DNA of 35,597 nt. Source: Helicobacteraceae bacterium (GTDB taxonomy: Bacteria; Campylobacterota; Campylobacteria; Campylobacterales; Sulfurimonadaceae). The stretch spans positions 1-35,597 of the forward strand of contig JALWLR010000269.1 in assembly GCA_027084065.1 (NCBI GenBank), written 5' to 3'. The notes beneath the pieces are model-generated. The model was not told where the DNA came from. It searched no databases and worked only from the letters and a program-made list of their open reading frames with translations. Position numbers and translations under genes: made by a program. Below are positions 16,619 to 26,613 of this stretch, one piece after another; position 1 is the first letter of the stretch, and every line of letters begins with the position of its first letter.

Positions 16619-17098
16619 ATGAAAATAGTCGTTATTCAAGGTCCAAATCTCAATATGCTCGGTATTCGTGAACAAAATATTTACGGTCCAATGAAATTAG
16701 AGCAAATCCATGCACAGATGAAAGATTTCGCATCGAAAAACGGAGTGGAAATAGAATTTTTCCAAAGCAATCTTGAAGGAGAACTTGTCGATAGAATTCA
16801 GGAGTGTTACGGCGATGCGGACGGCATCATCATAAACCCTGCCGCTTACAGTCATACATCTATCGCCATTCGTGATGCGCTTGCTGCTGTCAATCTTCCG
16901 GCAATCGAAGTGCACATATCTAATGTCTACAAGCGCGAAGAGTTCCGCCAAAAAGATGTAGTCGCTCCTGCTTGTGCCTCTACGATAGTCGGTTTCGGTC
17001 CATTTGGATATCACCTCGCAATGATTGGTATGCTTCAGATTCTCAATGAAATTCAAGCGATGAAAGAAGCGCAAAAACAACAAACACAACAAGCATAA
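16619..17098 (+). CDS. aroQ: Type II 3-dehydroquinate dehydratase
   Basis: [23 protein letters not shown] and [16 protein letters not shown]. Confidence 0.95.
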   Translation: MKIVVIQGPNLNMLGIREQNIYGPMKLEQIHAQMKDFASKNGVEIEFFQSNLEGELVDRIQECYGDADGIIINPAAYSHTSIAIRDALAAVNLPAIEVHISNVYKREEFRQKDVVAPACASTIVGFGPFGYHLAMIGMLQILNEIQAMKEAQKQQTQQA

Positions 17099-17109
17099 AC
17101 AGGTTTTGT

Positions 17110-17598
17110 ATGTATCTTAAAAAAAAAGTTGCAGATGATTTGATCAAATTTCGTTCACCACATTTTCCCTACCGTAAAAAAGTATGCAAATCGTTTCGCT
17201 ACGGTGCGCTTATAGGTATAGGCGGCAATATGGGTGATACACTGCGACTTTTTGAAAGAGTTTTTTTTCATCTCAAGCGCTCACCGCTGCTTGAGGTTTG
17301 CCAAACCTCTTCAATTTTAAAAAATCCTCCTTTTGGGTATCTTGATCAGCCGTTTTTTTACAATGCCGTTATTGTGCTTAAGAGTGATATGCAGCCACGC
17401 CGACTACTTCGCTATTTGCAACATGTAGAAAAACGCTTTGGAAGAAAACGCTCTTTCAAGGATGCTCCAAGAACGCTTGATCTAGATATACTTTTTTATG
17501 AAAATAAAAAAATCGAAACACCTGAACTGACCATTCCTCACAAAGAGTGGTATAAACGTGACAGCGTCACTATTCCCCTTATGGAAGTAGCCTTATGA
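17110..17598 (+). CDS. folK: 2-amino-4-hydroxy-6-hydroxymethyldihydropteridine diphosphokinase
   Basis: IGIGGNMGD, RFGRKR and PRTLDLDILFY motifs. The N-terminal ~30 aa extension makes the exact start uncertain. Confidence 0.88.
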   Translation: MYLKKKVADDLIKFRSPHFPYRKKVCKSFRYGALIGIGGNMGDTLRLFERVFFHLKRSPLLEVCQTSSILKNPPFGYLDQPFFYNAVIVLKSDMQPRRLLRYLQHVEKRFGRKRSFKDAPRTLDLDILFYENKKIETPELTIPHKEWYKRDSVTIPLMEVAL

Positions 17599-18902
17599 AA
17601 ATAGTCACATTCAGCGGTGCAACTCCATCAGAAGCTTTACGCAAAGCAAAAATGGAGTATGGGGACGAGGCAATGATCATCGAGACAAAAGAGATTCGCA
17701 AGAAAAACCTCACACAAGAGGGACTTTATGAAATTATTGTCGGAATCGATGAAGAGATGGAGCGAAAAAGTAGACAGACTGCACATATGCAGACAAAACA
17801 AGAGCCTGCCTATGACACCCAAAAACTCAAAAAAGAGAGTGAAGAGATTCTTTTTGACATCTCCAATGCAGCAAAACAGATCTCTAAAATTTCCAAAGTT
17901 ACCAAAGACCCTCTTGCAGACATCTATGAAAAAAGTGCGGCTTCACTGCAAAAAAATGCCGCCGCGTCCATCGAACCAAAAGAGCTCAAAGAGATAAAAA
18001 ACGAAATCGGCAAACTCGCCGACAAAGTAAAACTCATTCAAAACATGTTCTGGAATGAAAAATCTCCTGATCTTACACAGCCTATTCCTCCGGAATTTGC
18101 TGAAATTTACCGTTTGGCGGCGCGCAGCGGAATGAGTAAAGAGCATTTAGATTCCATTATGCGCCTCACACTCGAACACATGCCCACCCGTCTACGAGAG
18201 AACTCACAAACCGTAAAGCGCTATTTTCAGACACTCCTTCGTAAAATGATCCCTATACGCCTGGAAACTCTGCCTGCACCAGGTGCAACAAAAGTCATGA
18301 TGCTTGTTGGCCCTACAGGTGTCGGAAAGACAACCTCCATAGCCAAACTAGCAGCTCGCTACTCCTTTTTGATGCAAAAGAAGTACAAAGTAGGCCTCAT
18401 TGTTTTGGATACCTACCGAATCGGAGCAGTCGAACAACTCATGCAGTATGCAAGGATGATGAAGCTTGGAATTGAAACCGTTGTCGATCCTCCGGAGTTT
18501 ACAACCGCTTTGAACTCTCTTAGCTACTGTGACTTCATTCTTATCGATACAATGGGATCAAGCCCATACGATAAAAACAAAATCGAAAAAATCTACGAGT
18601 GTCTCAGCTCTAACGAAAGTCAGTTGCACATAGATGTTTCGTTGGTATTACCAAGTTCTATCAAGTATGAAGATCTTCTTGTAGCGTATGAAAATTTTTC
18701 AACACTCAACGTCGATACGGTTATCTTTACAAAACTCGATGAAACCCGAGGTTTTGGTAATCTTTTCTCTTTCGCGCTGGAGACGAAAAAGCCTATAAGC
18801 TACTTCTCCGTCGGACAAGAAGTTCCCGAAGACCTTGTCGTCGCTAGCAGCGATTTTTTAGTCGAATGTCTTCTAAACGGTTTTGATCGGAGTAAAATAT
18901 AA
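17595..18902 (+). CDS. flhF: Flagellar biosynthesis GTPase FlhF
   Basis: SRP-type NG domain: LVGPTGVGKTTSIAKLA, DTMG, TKLDET. Acidic/basic N-terminal B domain. Confidence 0.93.
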   Translation: MKIVTFSGATPSEALRKAKMEYGDEAMIIETKEIRKKNLTQEGLYEIIVGIDEEMERKSRQTAHMQTKQEPAYDTQKLKKESEEILFDISNAAKQISKISKVTKDPLADIYEKSAASLQKNAAASIEPKELKEIKNEIGKLADKVKLIQNMFWNEKSPDLTQPIPPEFAEIYRLAARSGMSKEHLDSIMRLTLEHMPTRLRENSQTVKRYFQTLLRKMIPIRLETLPAPGATKVMMLVGPTGVGKTTSIAKLAARYSFLMQKKYKVGLIVLDTYRIGAVEQLMQYARMMKLGIETVVDPPEFTTALNSLSYCDFILIDTMGSSPYDKNKIEKIYECLSSNESQLHIDVSLVLPSSIKYEDLLVAYENFSTLNVDTVIFTKLDETRGFGNLFSFALETKKPISYFSVGQEVPEDLVVASSDFLVECLLNGFDRSKI

Positions 18903-19774
18903 TGGATCATCAGGCAAAAAAACTCGAAGAGCTTGTTGAAAAAAACAGTCGGAAAAAATCGAAAAAAACCCGTTTTGTGGCCATAACAAGTGGAAAAGGG
19001 GGAGTCGGTAAGAGTACTATAAGCTCCAACCTTGCCTACTACCTCTCCCAAAATGGCTTGAATGTAGGTATTTTTGATGCAGACATCGGTCTTGCCAACC
19101 TTGATGTTATGTTCAATGTCAAAATCAAAAAAAACATTCTGCATGTACTCAAGGGCGAAGCAAGCGTTACTGATATTCTTGTTCCCATAACCCGTAATCT
19201 CATATTGATTCCCGGAGAGAGTGGAGATGAAATTCTCAAATACTCCAATCAGACACTATTTGAACGATTTATGCAAGAGGCGCAAATACTTGATAAACTC
19301 GATCTTATGATTATCGATACGGGCGCGGGAATTGGAGAACATATTCAGATGTTTTTAGAAGCAGCTGATGATATAGTCGTCGTAACCGTTCCCGACCCGG
19401 CTGCCATAACCGACGCCTATGCTACTATTAAAAGCATTGCGACATACAGAGACGACATCGGTATGATTCTCAATATGGTCAAAAGTGAAAAAGAGGCTCA
19501 AAACATCTTCAACAAAATAAAAAAAGTCGCCCAGGCAAACATTGGCACACAACTCAACTTGGAACTTATAGGAAAAATCGAAAACGACACAAAAGTCTCC
19601 TCCAGTATCAAGCAAAGAGAACTCTTTACAAAAAACTACCCAAATGCCGCATGTACGAAAGATATTGCGAAAATTGCACAGAAAATTGCCGGAAAACTGG
19701 AACGAAATGTGCTCGTTGAATCGGATGAAAGCGGCTTAAGCGGACTATTTAAACGCTTGATGAGTCATTTCTAA
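18902..19774 (+). CDS. flhG: MinD/ParA-type ATPase FlhG (FleN/YlxH), flagellar number regulator
   Basis: Deviant Walker A SGKGGVGKST and IIDTGAG. C-terminal amphipathic LSGLFKRLMSHF, a membrane-targeting helix. Confidence 0.9.
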   Translation: MDHQAKKLEELVEKNSRKKSKKTRFVAITSGKGGVGKSTISSNLAYYLSQNGLNVGIFDADIGLANLDVMFNVKIKKNILHVLKGEASVTDILVPITRNLILIPGESGDEILKYSNQTLFERFMQEAQILDKLDLMIIDTGAGIGEHIQMFLEAADDIVVVTVPDPAAITDAYATIKSIATYRDDIGMILNMVKSEKEAQNIFNKIKKVAQANIGTQLNLELIGKIENDTKVSSSIKQRELFTKNYPNAACTKDIAKIAQKIAGKLERNVLVESDESGLSGLFKRLMSHF

Positions 19775-19793
19775 AACGAGGGGTAGCCAAACG

Positions 19794-20129
19794 ATGCTGA
19801 GTGAAAATTTTATCTATTTCTTTACCGTACAGGGCTTTTTTATCGGTATTATTTTCGGTCTATTGAAATCGTTCGATGCATTCGGTCTTTTGAGCTACAC
19901 ACTTGTCATAACTGCATTTTTTTATCTTTTTGGACATATTGTCATTGGGTTTTATTATAGAACTATGAATGTAAAAACCTACTACTTTCCAAAAGAGCTC
20001 CATGAAAAAGAGCTCGATATGTTCGTTCACGAAATCAAAAAACGAGAACAGCTTATCGACCGTGCCGTCTCTATGCGAGACTCATTAAGTGAACTTAACC
20101 TCAACGATAAAACAGAGGATTCGAAGTAA
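19794..20129 (+). CDS. Small membrane protein (2 TM plus charged C-terminal tail) between flhG and fliA, function unknown
   Basis: GAGGGG SD precedes the start. Two hydrophobic helices, then KELHEKELDMFVHEIKKREQLIDR. The stop overlaps the fliA ATG (TAATG). Confidence 0.6.
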   Translation: MLSENFIYFFTVQGFFIGIIFGLLKSFDAFGLLSYTLVITAFFYLFGHIVIGFYYRTMNVKTYYFPKELHEKELDMFVHEIKKREQLIDRAVSMRDSLSELNLNDKTEDSK

Positions 20130-20815
20130 TGAGTACCGAAGCGTATAAACAAGAGCTTCGTCATTCTCAAGATGAACTCGCCTTACGTTACCTGCCTGCT
20201 GTGAAAGCTATGGCTTTTCGCCTCAAAGAGCGACTACCAAGTTCCGTAGACTATCTCGACCTCTCAGCTATAGGAACAGAAGAACTTATAAAGCTTGCAA
20301 GACGCTACGACGAAGGGTTAAACGACTCCTTTTGGGGATATGCGAAAAAAAGGGTTTACGGAGCGATGCTTGACTACTTACGCAGTTTAGATGTGCTTAG
20401 TCGTGCAAGCAGACGCCTCATCAAACAAATAGATAAAGCCATAGACGAGTATATGGCTGAGCATGATGAAGAGCCGACAGATGAGGAACTGGCAAAAATT
20501 CTTAGTGAGGATATTGAAAAGATTCATGATGCTCGCCTTGCATCCTCCATCTATACCGTCATGCCCATCGACGATCATCTACAAATGGGCGATGAGGGTG
20601 CCACACTTAAACGTATAGAGCAAGAAGAACTTGTAGAAATCATAAAAAAGGTTCTCTCAACACTCAAAGAGCGAGAACAGCTCATCATTCAACTCTACTA
20701 TTTTGAAGAATTGACACTCAAAGAGATCAGTGAAATTCTTGGAATTACCGAGTCGCGAATTTCGCAAATACACAAATCTGTCTTGAAAAAAATTAGAGAA
20801 AGTATAGGAGAGTAA
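20129..20815 (+). CDS. fliA: RNA polymerase sigma-28 factor FliA
   Basis: Sigma-70 family regions 2-4. Region 4.2 HTH: LTLKEISEILGITESRISQIHKSVLKKIR. Flagellar gene context. Confidence 0.93.
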   Translation: MSTEAYKQELRHSQDELALRYLPAVKAMAFRLKERLPSSVDYLDLSAIGTEELIKLARRYDEGLNDSFWGYAKKRVYGAMLDYLRSLDVLSRASRRLIKQIDKAIDEYMAEHDEEPTDEELAKILSEDIEKIHDARLASSIYTVMPIDDHLQMGDEGATLKRIEQEELVEIIKKVLSTLKEREQLIIQLYYFEELTLKEISEILGITESRISQIHKSVLKKIRESIGE

Positions 20816-20817
20816 CA

Positions 20818-21900
20818 ATGGCAGATATACTTTCACAAGAGGAGATAGACGCGCTGCTCGATGTCGTCGAGGATGAGGGAGAAGATGTCCTAGAAGCCGC
20901 CGACGAGAACATTCTCCCGCAACGTCAAGTTACACTCTACGACTTTAAACGTCCAAACCGTGTCTCCAAAGAGCAACTGCGTGCCTTTAGAGGCGTACAT
21001 GACAAAATGGCACGAAGTCTAGCAAGTCAAATCTCTTCCATTATGCGAAGTATTGTCGAAATTCAACTCCACTCTGTAGACCAAATGACATACGGCGAAT
21101 TTTTGATGAGTTTGCCAAATCCGACAAGCTTCAACGTCTTTTCGATGAAGCCTCTTGAGGGAAGCGGCGTACTGGAGATAAACCCCTCCATTGCCTTTCC
21201 AATGCTTGATAGACTCCTAGGAGGCAAGGGAGAGCCTTTTGATGCCAGTCGGGAGTTCTCCGATATAGAGCTAAGCCTGTTTGAAACTATTTTACGCGTC
21301 ATGATGAGCACACTCAAAGAGGCATGGGCACCGGTTATGGAGATATACCCCGCTATCGAATCCAAAGAGTCCAGTCCCAATGTCGTCCAAATCGTTGCAC
21401 AAAACGAAATTGTCGTAATGGTTGTTATGGAGATAATTATCGGTCACAGTTCCGGAATGATGAACATCTGTTATCCGGTCATCTCACTTGAACCTATTTT
21501 ACCTAAACTTGCCAGCAGAGACTTGATGCTCAATGAAACGAACTCCAAAAAAAGTCGTAACAAAGAGCTGCAAGTTCTCTTAGGAGGAGCGAAGGTAAAC
21601 GTCGAAGCAAATCTTGGAGAGTCCGAACTGACACTAAAAGATGTTCTTGATCTTGAAAAAGGGGACATCATTCGCCTTAACACACCTGCGGATGACACGG
21701 TCTTTGTCAGTGTTGATGGAAAAACACGCTTTAAAGGCGAAGTTGGTTTAAGGCGCTTTAGAAAGAGCGTACAAATTACTGAAATTGTAGAAACCGAAAA
21801 AGATCAAGTCAAACGTATTCTTGAAAAACTTGAGAAAAAGAGACGTGAAAAAATTTCCGGAGTCAAAGAACTGATGGAGGAAGAAGAAAGTGAGGAGTAG
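20818..21900 (+). CDS. fliM: Flagellar motor switch protein FliM
   Basis: N-terminal LSQEEIDALL (CheY-P binding motif), the FliM middle domain, and a C-terminal SpoA-like domain. Confidence 0.95.
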   Translation: MADILSQEEIDALLDVVEDEGEDVLEAADENILPQRQVTLYDFKRPNRVSKEQLRAFRGVHDKMARSLASQISSIMRSIVEIQLHSVDQMTYGEFLMSLPNPTSFNVFSMKPLEGSGVLEINPSIAFPMLDRLLGGKGEPFDASREFSDIELSLFETILRVMMSTLKEAWAPVMEIYPAIESKESSPNVVQIVAQNEIVVMVVMEIIIGHSSGMMNICYPVISLEPILPKLASRDLMLNETNSKKSRNKELQVLLGGAKVNVEANLGESELTLKDVLDLEKGDIIRLNTPADDTVFVSVDGKTRFKGEVGLRRFRKSVQITEIVETEKDQVKRILEKLEKKRREKISGVKELMEEEESEE

Positions 21901-21903
21901 AAG

Positions 21904-22776
21904 ATGAGTGACTTTATGAAACTGTTAGAGAGTGAAACCGTAGCGACAATAGAGGCGCTCATAGGTACTGCACCTACACTTGAGCTTAAAGAGGAGCAGG
22001 ACCTCAGCATTATCTCTAACATCATTCCACCCATTGTTCTTGCGCATATAAGCGTAAGCGGCGATATAAATGCAAAAATGATGATAGCCGTCCCTGCCAA
22101 TCTTGCAACGGCACTTTCTGACATGATGCTAGGAGAAGAGCCTAGCGGTAGAGAGGATGTCAATGAAGATGACCTCGATGCAACGAAAGAGACACTCTCA
22201 AACATTCTAGGAGCAGTATCAAACACACTCTCCGCCCAAAAAGAGATGCCCATACTCTCTTTTAAAATAGATGATATTCACTTTATAGAAGAGGGCAATG
22301 ACATCAGCCTTGAAGAGTATGCCAAGATGTTCATCTACAAGGTAGAACTTGCAGATACAAAGTCACAAATCATGTTTATATTTGACGAAACAATGGCAAA
22401 TGCCCTTTTCAATCCTAATGGAAATTCTCTTAACGATGAGCCATCTGCTTCTTCTACAACTGCTTCAACAGAGTCTGGATGTGGAGATGAACTCAAACTC
22501 AGCGAAGAGGAGTTGAAAAACATCTCTTTGATTCTTGATGTAAAACTCCCGGTGCGTGTACGAATCGGAAAGAAAAAAATGCTGCTTAAAGATGTACTCA
22601 ATATGGACATAGGCTCGGTTGTCGAACTCAATCAGCTTGCCAACGACCCACTAGACATTCTTGTAGACAACAAAGTTATAGCTCAAGGCGAAGTAGTCAT
22701 AGTCGATGGGAACTTCGGTGTGCAAATTACGACAATCGGAACAAAAAAAGATCGTCTCAAACAACTCAAAGGCTAA
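21904..22776 (+). CDS. fliY: Flagellar motor switch protein FliY (CheC-like N-domain plus FliN-like C-domain)
   Basis: C-terminal SpoA/FliN signature: VELNQLANDPLDILVDNKVIAQGEVVIVDGNFGVQI. Confidence 0.9.
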   Translation: MSDFMKLLESETVATIEALIGTAPTLELKEEQDLSIISNIIPPIVLAHISVSGDINAKMMIAVPANLATALSDMMLGEEPSGREDVNEDDLDATKETLSNILGAVSNTLSAQKEMPILSFKIDDIHFIEEGNDISLEEYAKMFIYKVELADTKSQIMFIFDETMANALFNPNGNSLNDEPSASSTTASTESGCGDELKLSEEELKNISLILDVKLPVRVRIGKKKMLLKDVLNMDIGSVVELNQLANDPLDILVDNKVIAQGEVVIVDGNFGVQITTIGTKKDRLKQLKG

Positions 22777-22779
22777 CAA

Positions 22780-23553
22780 ATGAGAAAAAAACCCTTGATA
22801 GAACATAACGACACTCTAGCAAAAAAGTACCTCAAAGAGATAAAATCAGCCGACACATGGAGTGTTTTTAAAATCATTTCCGATTTTGTAAAAGGTTTCG
22901 ATGAGCTCAGTGACGTAGGACCGAGTGTTACCATTTTTGGAAGTGCCCGCTTCGATGAAAACAACCCCTACTATAAAAAGGCCTATACCCTCTCTCATCT
23001 GCTTGCGAAAAAGGGGTTCAACATTATAAGCGGTGGTGGCCCAGGCATAATGGAAGCTGCCAACAAAGGAGCTTTTGAAGTAGGAAAAGTGGAGTCGATA
23101 GGCTTGAACATCGACCTGCCGCATGAGCAAAACAGCAACCCCTACACTACGAAAAATCTTCAGTTTGACTACTTTTTCTCACGCAAAGTTATGCTTGTAA
23201 AATACTCCCTTGCCTATGTCATCTTTCCAGGAGGCTACGGAACACTCGATGAACTCTTCGAAGCACTTACACTCGTACAAACTCGAAAAGTGACAGGTGT
23301 CAAAATCTTTCTTGTAGGGTATGACTATTATGCTCCGTTACTACATTTTTTAGAAAAGAGTCTGCTTGCCACAGGAGCAATAGATGAGGATGATCTGCAT
23401 ATTTTTGAAGTAAACGATGATCTAGAAATCATTGCAGACAAAATCCATGACTCCCTGCTGGAACAGTTAAAAGTCATCAAAGCACTTGGACTGGAGGACA
23501 CCTCCTACTATAAATCGTTGAAAAAGCTGAAAAAGAGAGTCGATCATGAGTAA
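22780..23553 (+). CDS. LOG family (TIGR00730) nucleotide phosphoribohydrolase-like protein
   Basis: [14 protein letters not shown] and [12 protein letters not shown] motifs. Confidence 0.88.
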   Translation: MRKKPLIEHNDTLAKKYLKEIKSADTWSVFKIISDFVKGFDELSDVGPSVTIFGSARFDENNPYYKKAYTLSHLLAKKGFNIISGGGPGIMEAANKGAFEVGKVESIGLNIDLPHEQNSNPYTTKNLQFDYFFSRKVMLVKYSLAYVIFPGGYGTLDELFEALTLVQTRKVTGVKIFLVGYDYYAPLLHFLEKSLLATGAIDEDDLHIFEVNDDLEIIADKIHDSLLEQLKVIKALGLEDTSYYKSLKKLKKRVDHE

Positions 23554-24577
23554 AAAAATTCTTGTAGGTATGAGCGGTGGAGTCGATTCGACCGTTACGG
23601 CACTTATGCTAAAAAATGCAGGGTATGAAGTGGAGGGGCTGTATATGAAGCTTCATTCCAAACCCGGATACCACGAAATACACCTCGCACGGGCACAAAA
23701 AGCTGCAGATTTTGTCGGCGTCAAACTGCATGTGCTTGATCTTCAAGAGCGTTTTTTACAAAAGGTTGTCGAACCTTTCATAGAGACCTACAAAGAGGGC
23801 AAAACACCAAACCCCTGTGCCCTTTGTAACAGAAACCTGAAGTTTGGCGAGATGATTCGCTATGCTGACAAAATAGGCGCCGATTTTCTAGCTACAGGGC
23901 ATTATGTCAAATGTGACGGAGAGTTTTTGTATCAGGCAGAAGATGATACGAAAGATCAAAGCTACTTTCTCTTTTATATTGAAAGATCCATTCTTCCACG
24001 TCTCTTATTTCCCCTTGGCGAAAAGAAGAAAAAGGACATAAAAGCTTATGCAGCGTCCATAAAAGGACTCGAATCCTTCGCCTCACAGAGCGAATCGAGT
24101 GAAATATGTTTTGTTGAAAACAGTTATACCGATGTCCTTAAAGAGAATCTTGTCAATGTGGATAATGAAGGAGAAGTTCTCGATACATCCGGGAACGTTG
24201 TAGGTAAACATAAAGGTTACATGCACTATACAATAGGAAAACGACGCGGATTTAGCGTACACGGTGCACATGAGCCTCACTACGTCGTCGACATCATTCC
24301 CCAAAAGAACCAAATCGTTGTGGGAACCAAAGATCAGCTCGAATGTAAGCGCGTCGTTTTAAATAACATAAATATGTTCATAGACGACACCGAGTTCGAT
24401 GCAACGGTCAAACTTCGCTATAGAACAAAAGCGGTCCCTTGCCATGTAACCATCAAAGACAAAGAAGCAACAGTAGAACTACAAGAGGGAGTTTTTGGAG
24501 TTGCAACCGGTCAAGCAGCCGTTTTTTACGATAAAGAAAAACTCTTAGGCGGAGGCTGGATAACACAAAACAGGTAG
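23546..24577 (+). CDS. mnmA: tRNA-specific 2-thiouridylase
   Basis: PP-loop [17 protein letters not shown] and DQSYFL motifs. Confidence 0.95.
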   Translation: MSKKILVGMSGGVDSTVTALMLKNAGYEVEGLYMKLHSKPGYHEIHLARAQKAADFVGVKLHVLDLQERFLQKVVEPFIETYKEGKTPNPCALCNRNLKFGEMIRYADKIGADFLATGHYVKCDGEFLYQAEDDTKDQSYFLFYIERSILPRLLFPLGEKKKKDIKAYAASIKGLESFASQSESSEICFVENSYTDVLKENLVNVDNEGEVLDTSGNVVGKHKGYMHYTIGKRRGFSVHGAHEPHYVVDIIPQKNQIVVGTKDQLECKRVVLNNINMFIDDTEFDATVKLRYRTKAVPCHVTIKDKEATVELQEGVFGVATGQAAVFYDKEKLLGGGWITQNR

Positions 24578-24622
24578 CTATGAAGTTGTGTCTACGGCGT
24601 TATTCTCTCCAATAAATTCTCC

Positions 24623-24646
24623 GAGATGCAAATACACGCGCATCTC
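24623..24646. terminator. Hairpin GAGATGC-N10-GCATCTC between convergent mnmA and the sulfatase-family gene; possible shared terminator
   Basis: Perfect 7-bp stem. No clean U-tract on either strand, only TTTATT on the minus side. Confidence 0.25.
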
Positions 24647-24665
24647 CTGTAAAACTCCTCTTCAA

Positions 24666-26585
24666 TCAAGGTTTTTTGGGATGCCACCGCTCCCAACGGT
24701 TTATACCGTGGTCGTAGAAGTAACTCGCACTTTGATAGTAGGTAATTGTGTCCGTTTCATCTGTTGGAATAGGCGAAATCTCTTCATACTCGACACTTCT
24801 AAGTGTTTGCTTTTTGATTTTGAACTCTTTGGAGGTTTTGTTTGGTAGCAGTACCGTCAAGTGATTGTCTCTAAAAAGTCCCAGTTTTTGGTAGTTCCCT
24901 ACAAAAGCTCTCTCTTTAAAAGAGTCATCGAGTATATCGTTACCGTAAAAAAGACTTTCGTAGCTAAAATTCAACAAAGACATCACTGTCGGCATGACAT
25001 CGACTTGAGAAGAAAGTTTGTGCACGACTGTCGGTTTTATTAACTTCGGTGCATATATAAATAGAGGAATTTTGTAACGCCATGTAGGCAATGTATTTTT
25101 CCCTGCACTTCCTCCATTGTGATCGGCTAAAATGACAAAAATCGTATTGGTAAACCACGGTTTTTTCTTCGCTGATTCTATGAATTCTTTGATAGCGTAG
25201 TCGGTATACTTCACGCCACCGGCTCTACCCGTATGGGAAGGAATGTCGATTTTCCCATCTGGATAGGTGTAGGGTCTATGATTGGAAGTAGTCATGATAA
25301 AGTGAAAAAACAGTTTTTTCTTTGCGTAGCTTTCATCACTCTTTTGGAGTGCTTTGCGAAAAAGATCCTCATCGCACAATCCCCAAACATTCCCGAAAGT
25401 CTCCTCCCCTTTGGTAAAATCGGAACGATCGACAATTGAGAAACCGTTGTGTGAGAAAAAGTCGTTCATATTGTCAAAATAGCCGTATCCACCGTAGATA
25501 AAGCGGTTCTCATACCCTTTTGTGCGGAAAATAAATCCGGCACTGTACATTCCGTGACAATCAGGGCGCTTGACGATACTTCGCCCCGGTGTCGGCGGCA
25601 AAGAGAGCGTTACGGCTTCCATGCCTCGTACCGTTCGTGTACCTGTTGCATAGAAGTTATCGAAAAAGAGTGATTTTTCAGCAAGGGAGTCCAAATATGG
25701 CGTCAATCCCCGCTTGTCCCCGAAAATACCCATATACTCCGCGCTCATACTCTCTATCATTATGAGCATGACGTTGTAATGCTTCTCTTCTCCCTCTTTT
25801 TGAACGACTTTTAGATGTCTGTCATCCATTTTTTCAAGTTCGTACAGGCGTTTCATAACCTCTTTTACAGGTTTGGTTTTATAGTAGAGGTCATACTCCA
25901 AAACATTGTGTCTAAAGGCAGAAAAAAGAGAGTACAAACCATTTTTCGCAAGCTCATTGTTATAGATATTATTGGAAATTTTTGCAAGAGGCTGCTTGTC
26001 AAGAGTGTTGAAAAAAAGCAAAGGAAGTGCTAGCAATGTAGTACCAACAGCCAAGTTTCGCTTCCACGTAGCATTGTCTTGCTCGAATGCACGCTTCAAA
26101 ACATTCGTTTTTTTATACAAAAACAGCCAAAGCAGTGTATCTATAAGAAAAATAGCACTTAGTAACAGTGGAATAGGATAAGACTCCAAAATATTATGGA
26201 TGACTTCATGTGTGTAGACCAGGTAGTCAACTGCTATAAAGTTAAAACGCTTCCCAAACTCCTCCCAAAAAAACCACTCGCTTACGCCGTTAAAAAGTAT
26301 AAAAAAAGTCGTAACGAACAAAAGAGCAAGGACAAAATAGCGATGCCATTTTGCATAGTATATCTTTGCAGGCACAGCGCTGAGATAAACAATTAGTGGA
26401 ATAAAATAGTAACTTGCAGCTACAAAATCATACAGCAATCCGACACCGAAAATCTTAACAAGCTGCACTATGGACATATCCACTTCAGAGGCACTATACC
26501 CCATCAGCACAATACGCGTTACAAAACTCACTCCAATGAATATAGCAAACATCAAAGCGATCAATACAAAACGGCCTTTTAGCAT
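24666..26585 (-). CDS. LtaS/OpgB-like sulfatase-family phosphoglycerol (or phosphoethanolamine) transferase, membrane-anchored
   Basis: ~5 N-terminal TM helices followed by an alkaline-phosphatase/sulfatase-type domain (MIESMSAEY, GTRTVRGMEA, ILADHNG). Confidence 0.8.
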   Translation of the reverse strand: MLKGRFVLIALMFAIFIGVSFVTRIVLMGYSASEVDMSIVQLVKIFGVGLLYDFVAASYYFIPLIVYLSAVPAKIYYAKWHRYFVLALLFVTTFFILFNGVSEWFFWEEFGKRFNFIAVDYLVYTHEVIHNILESYPIPLLLSAIFLIDTLLWLFLYKKTNVLKRAFEQDNATWKRNLAVGTTLLALPLLFFNTLDKQPLAKISNNIYNNELAKNGLYSLFSAFRHNVLEYDLYYKTKPVKEVMKRLYELEKMDDRHLKVVQKEGEEKHYNVMLIMIESMSAEYMGIFGDKRGLTPYLDSLAEKSLFFDNFYATGTRTVRGMEAVTLSLPPTPGRSIVKRPDCHGMYSAGFIFRTKGYENRFIYGGYGYFDNMNDFFSHNGFSIVDRSDFTKGEETFGNVWGLCDEDLFRKALQKSDESYAKKKLFFHFIMTTSNHRPYTYPDGKIDIPSHTGRAGGVKYTDYAIKEFIESAKKKPWFTNTIFVILADHNGGSAGKNTLPTWRYKIPLFIYAPKLIKPTVVHKLSSQVDVMPTVMSLLNFSYESLFYGNDILDDSFKERAFVGNYQKLGLFRDNHLTVLLPNKTSKEFKIKKQTLRSVEYEEISPIPTDETDTITYYQSASYFYDHGINRWERWHPKKP

Positions 26586-26613
26586 ATTTTATCCTTTACA
26601 TGCAAAACGAAAA

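Noticed and set aside
21063-22253. Antisense ORFs within fliM and fliY (21063-21380, 21471-21698, 21804-22253). Similar ORFs occur inside the MCP (28262-28975), mltC-like (5858-6247) and other genes.
   Set aside because: All are Ser/Leu/Phe-rich and low-complexity, lack SD sequences, and lie opposite genes with strong family signatures. These are typical shadow ORFs of AT-rich, Glu/Lys-rich coding regions.
24588-24848. 86-aa plus-strand ORF downstream of mnmA.
   Set aside because: It has a non-ATG start, mostly overlaps the 3' end of the sulfatase-family gene in antisense, and has no recognisable motifs.
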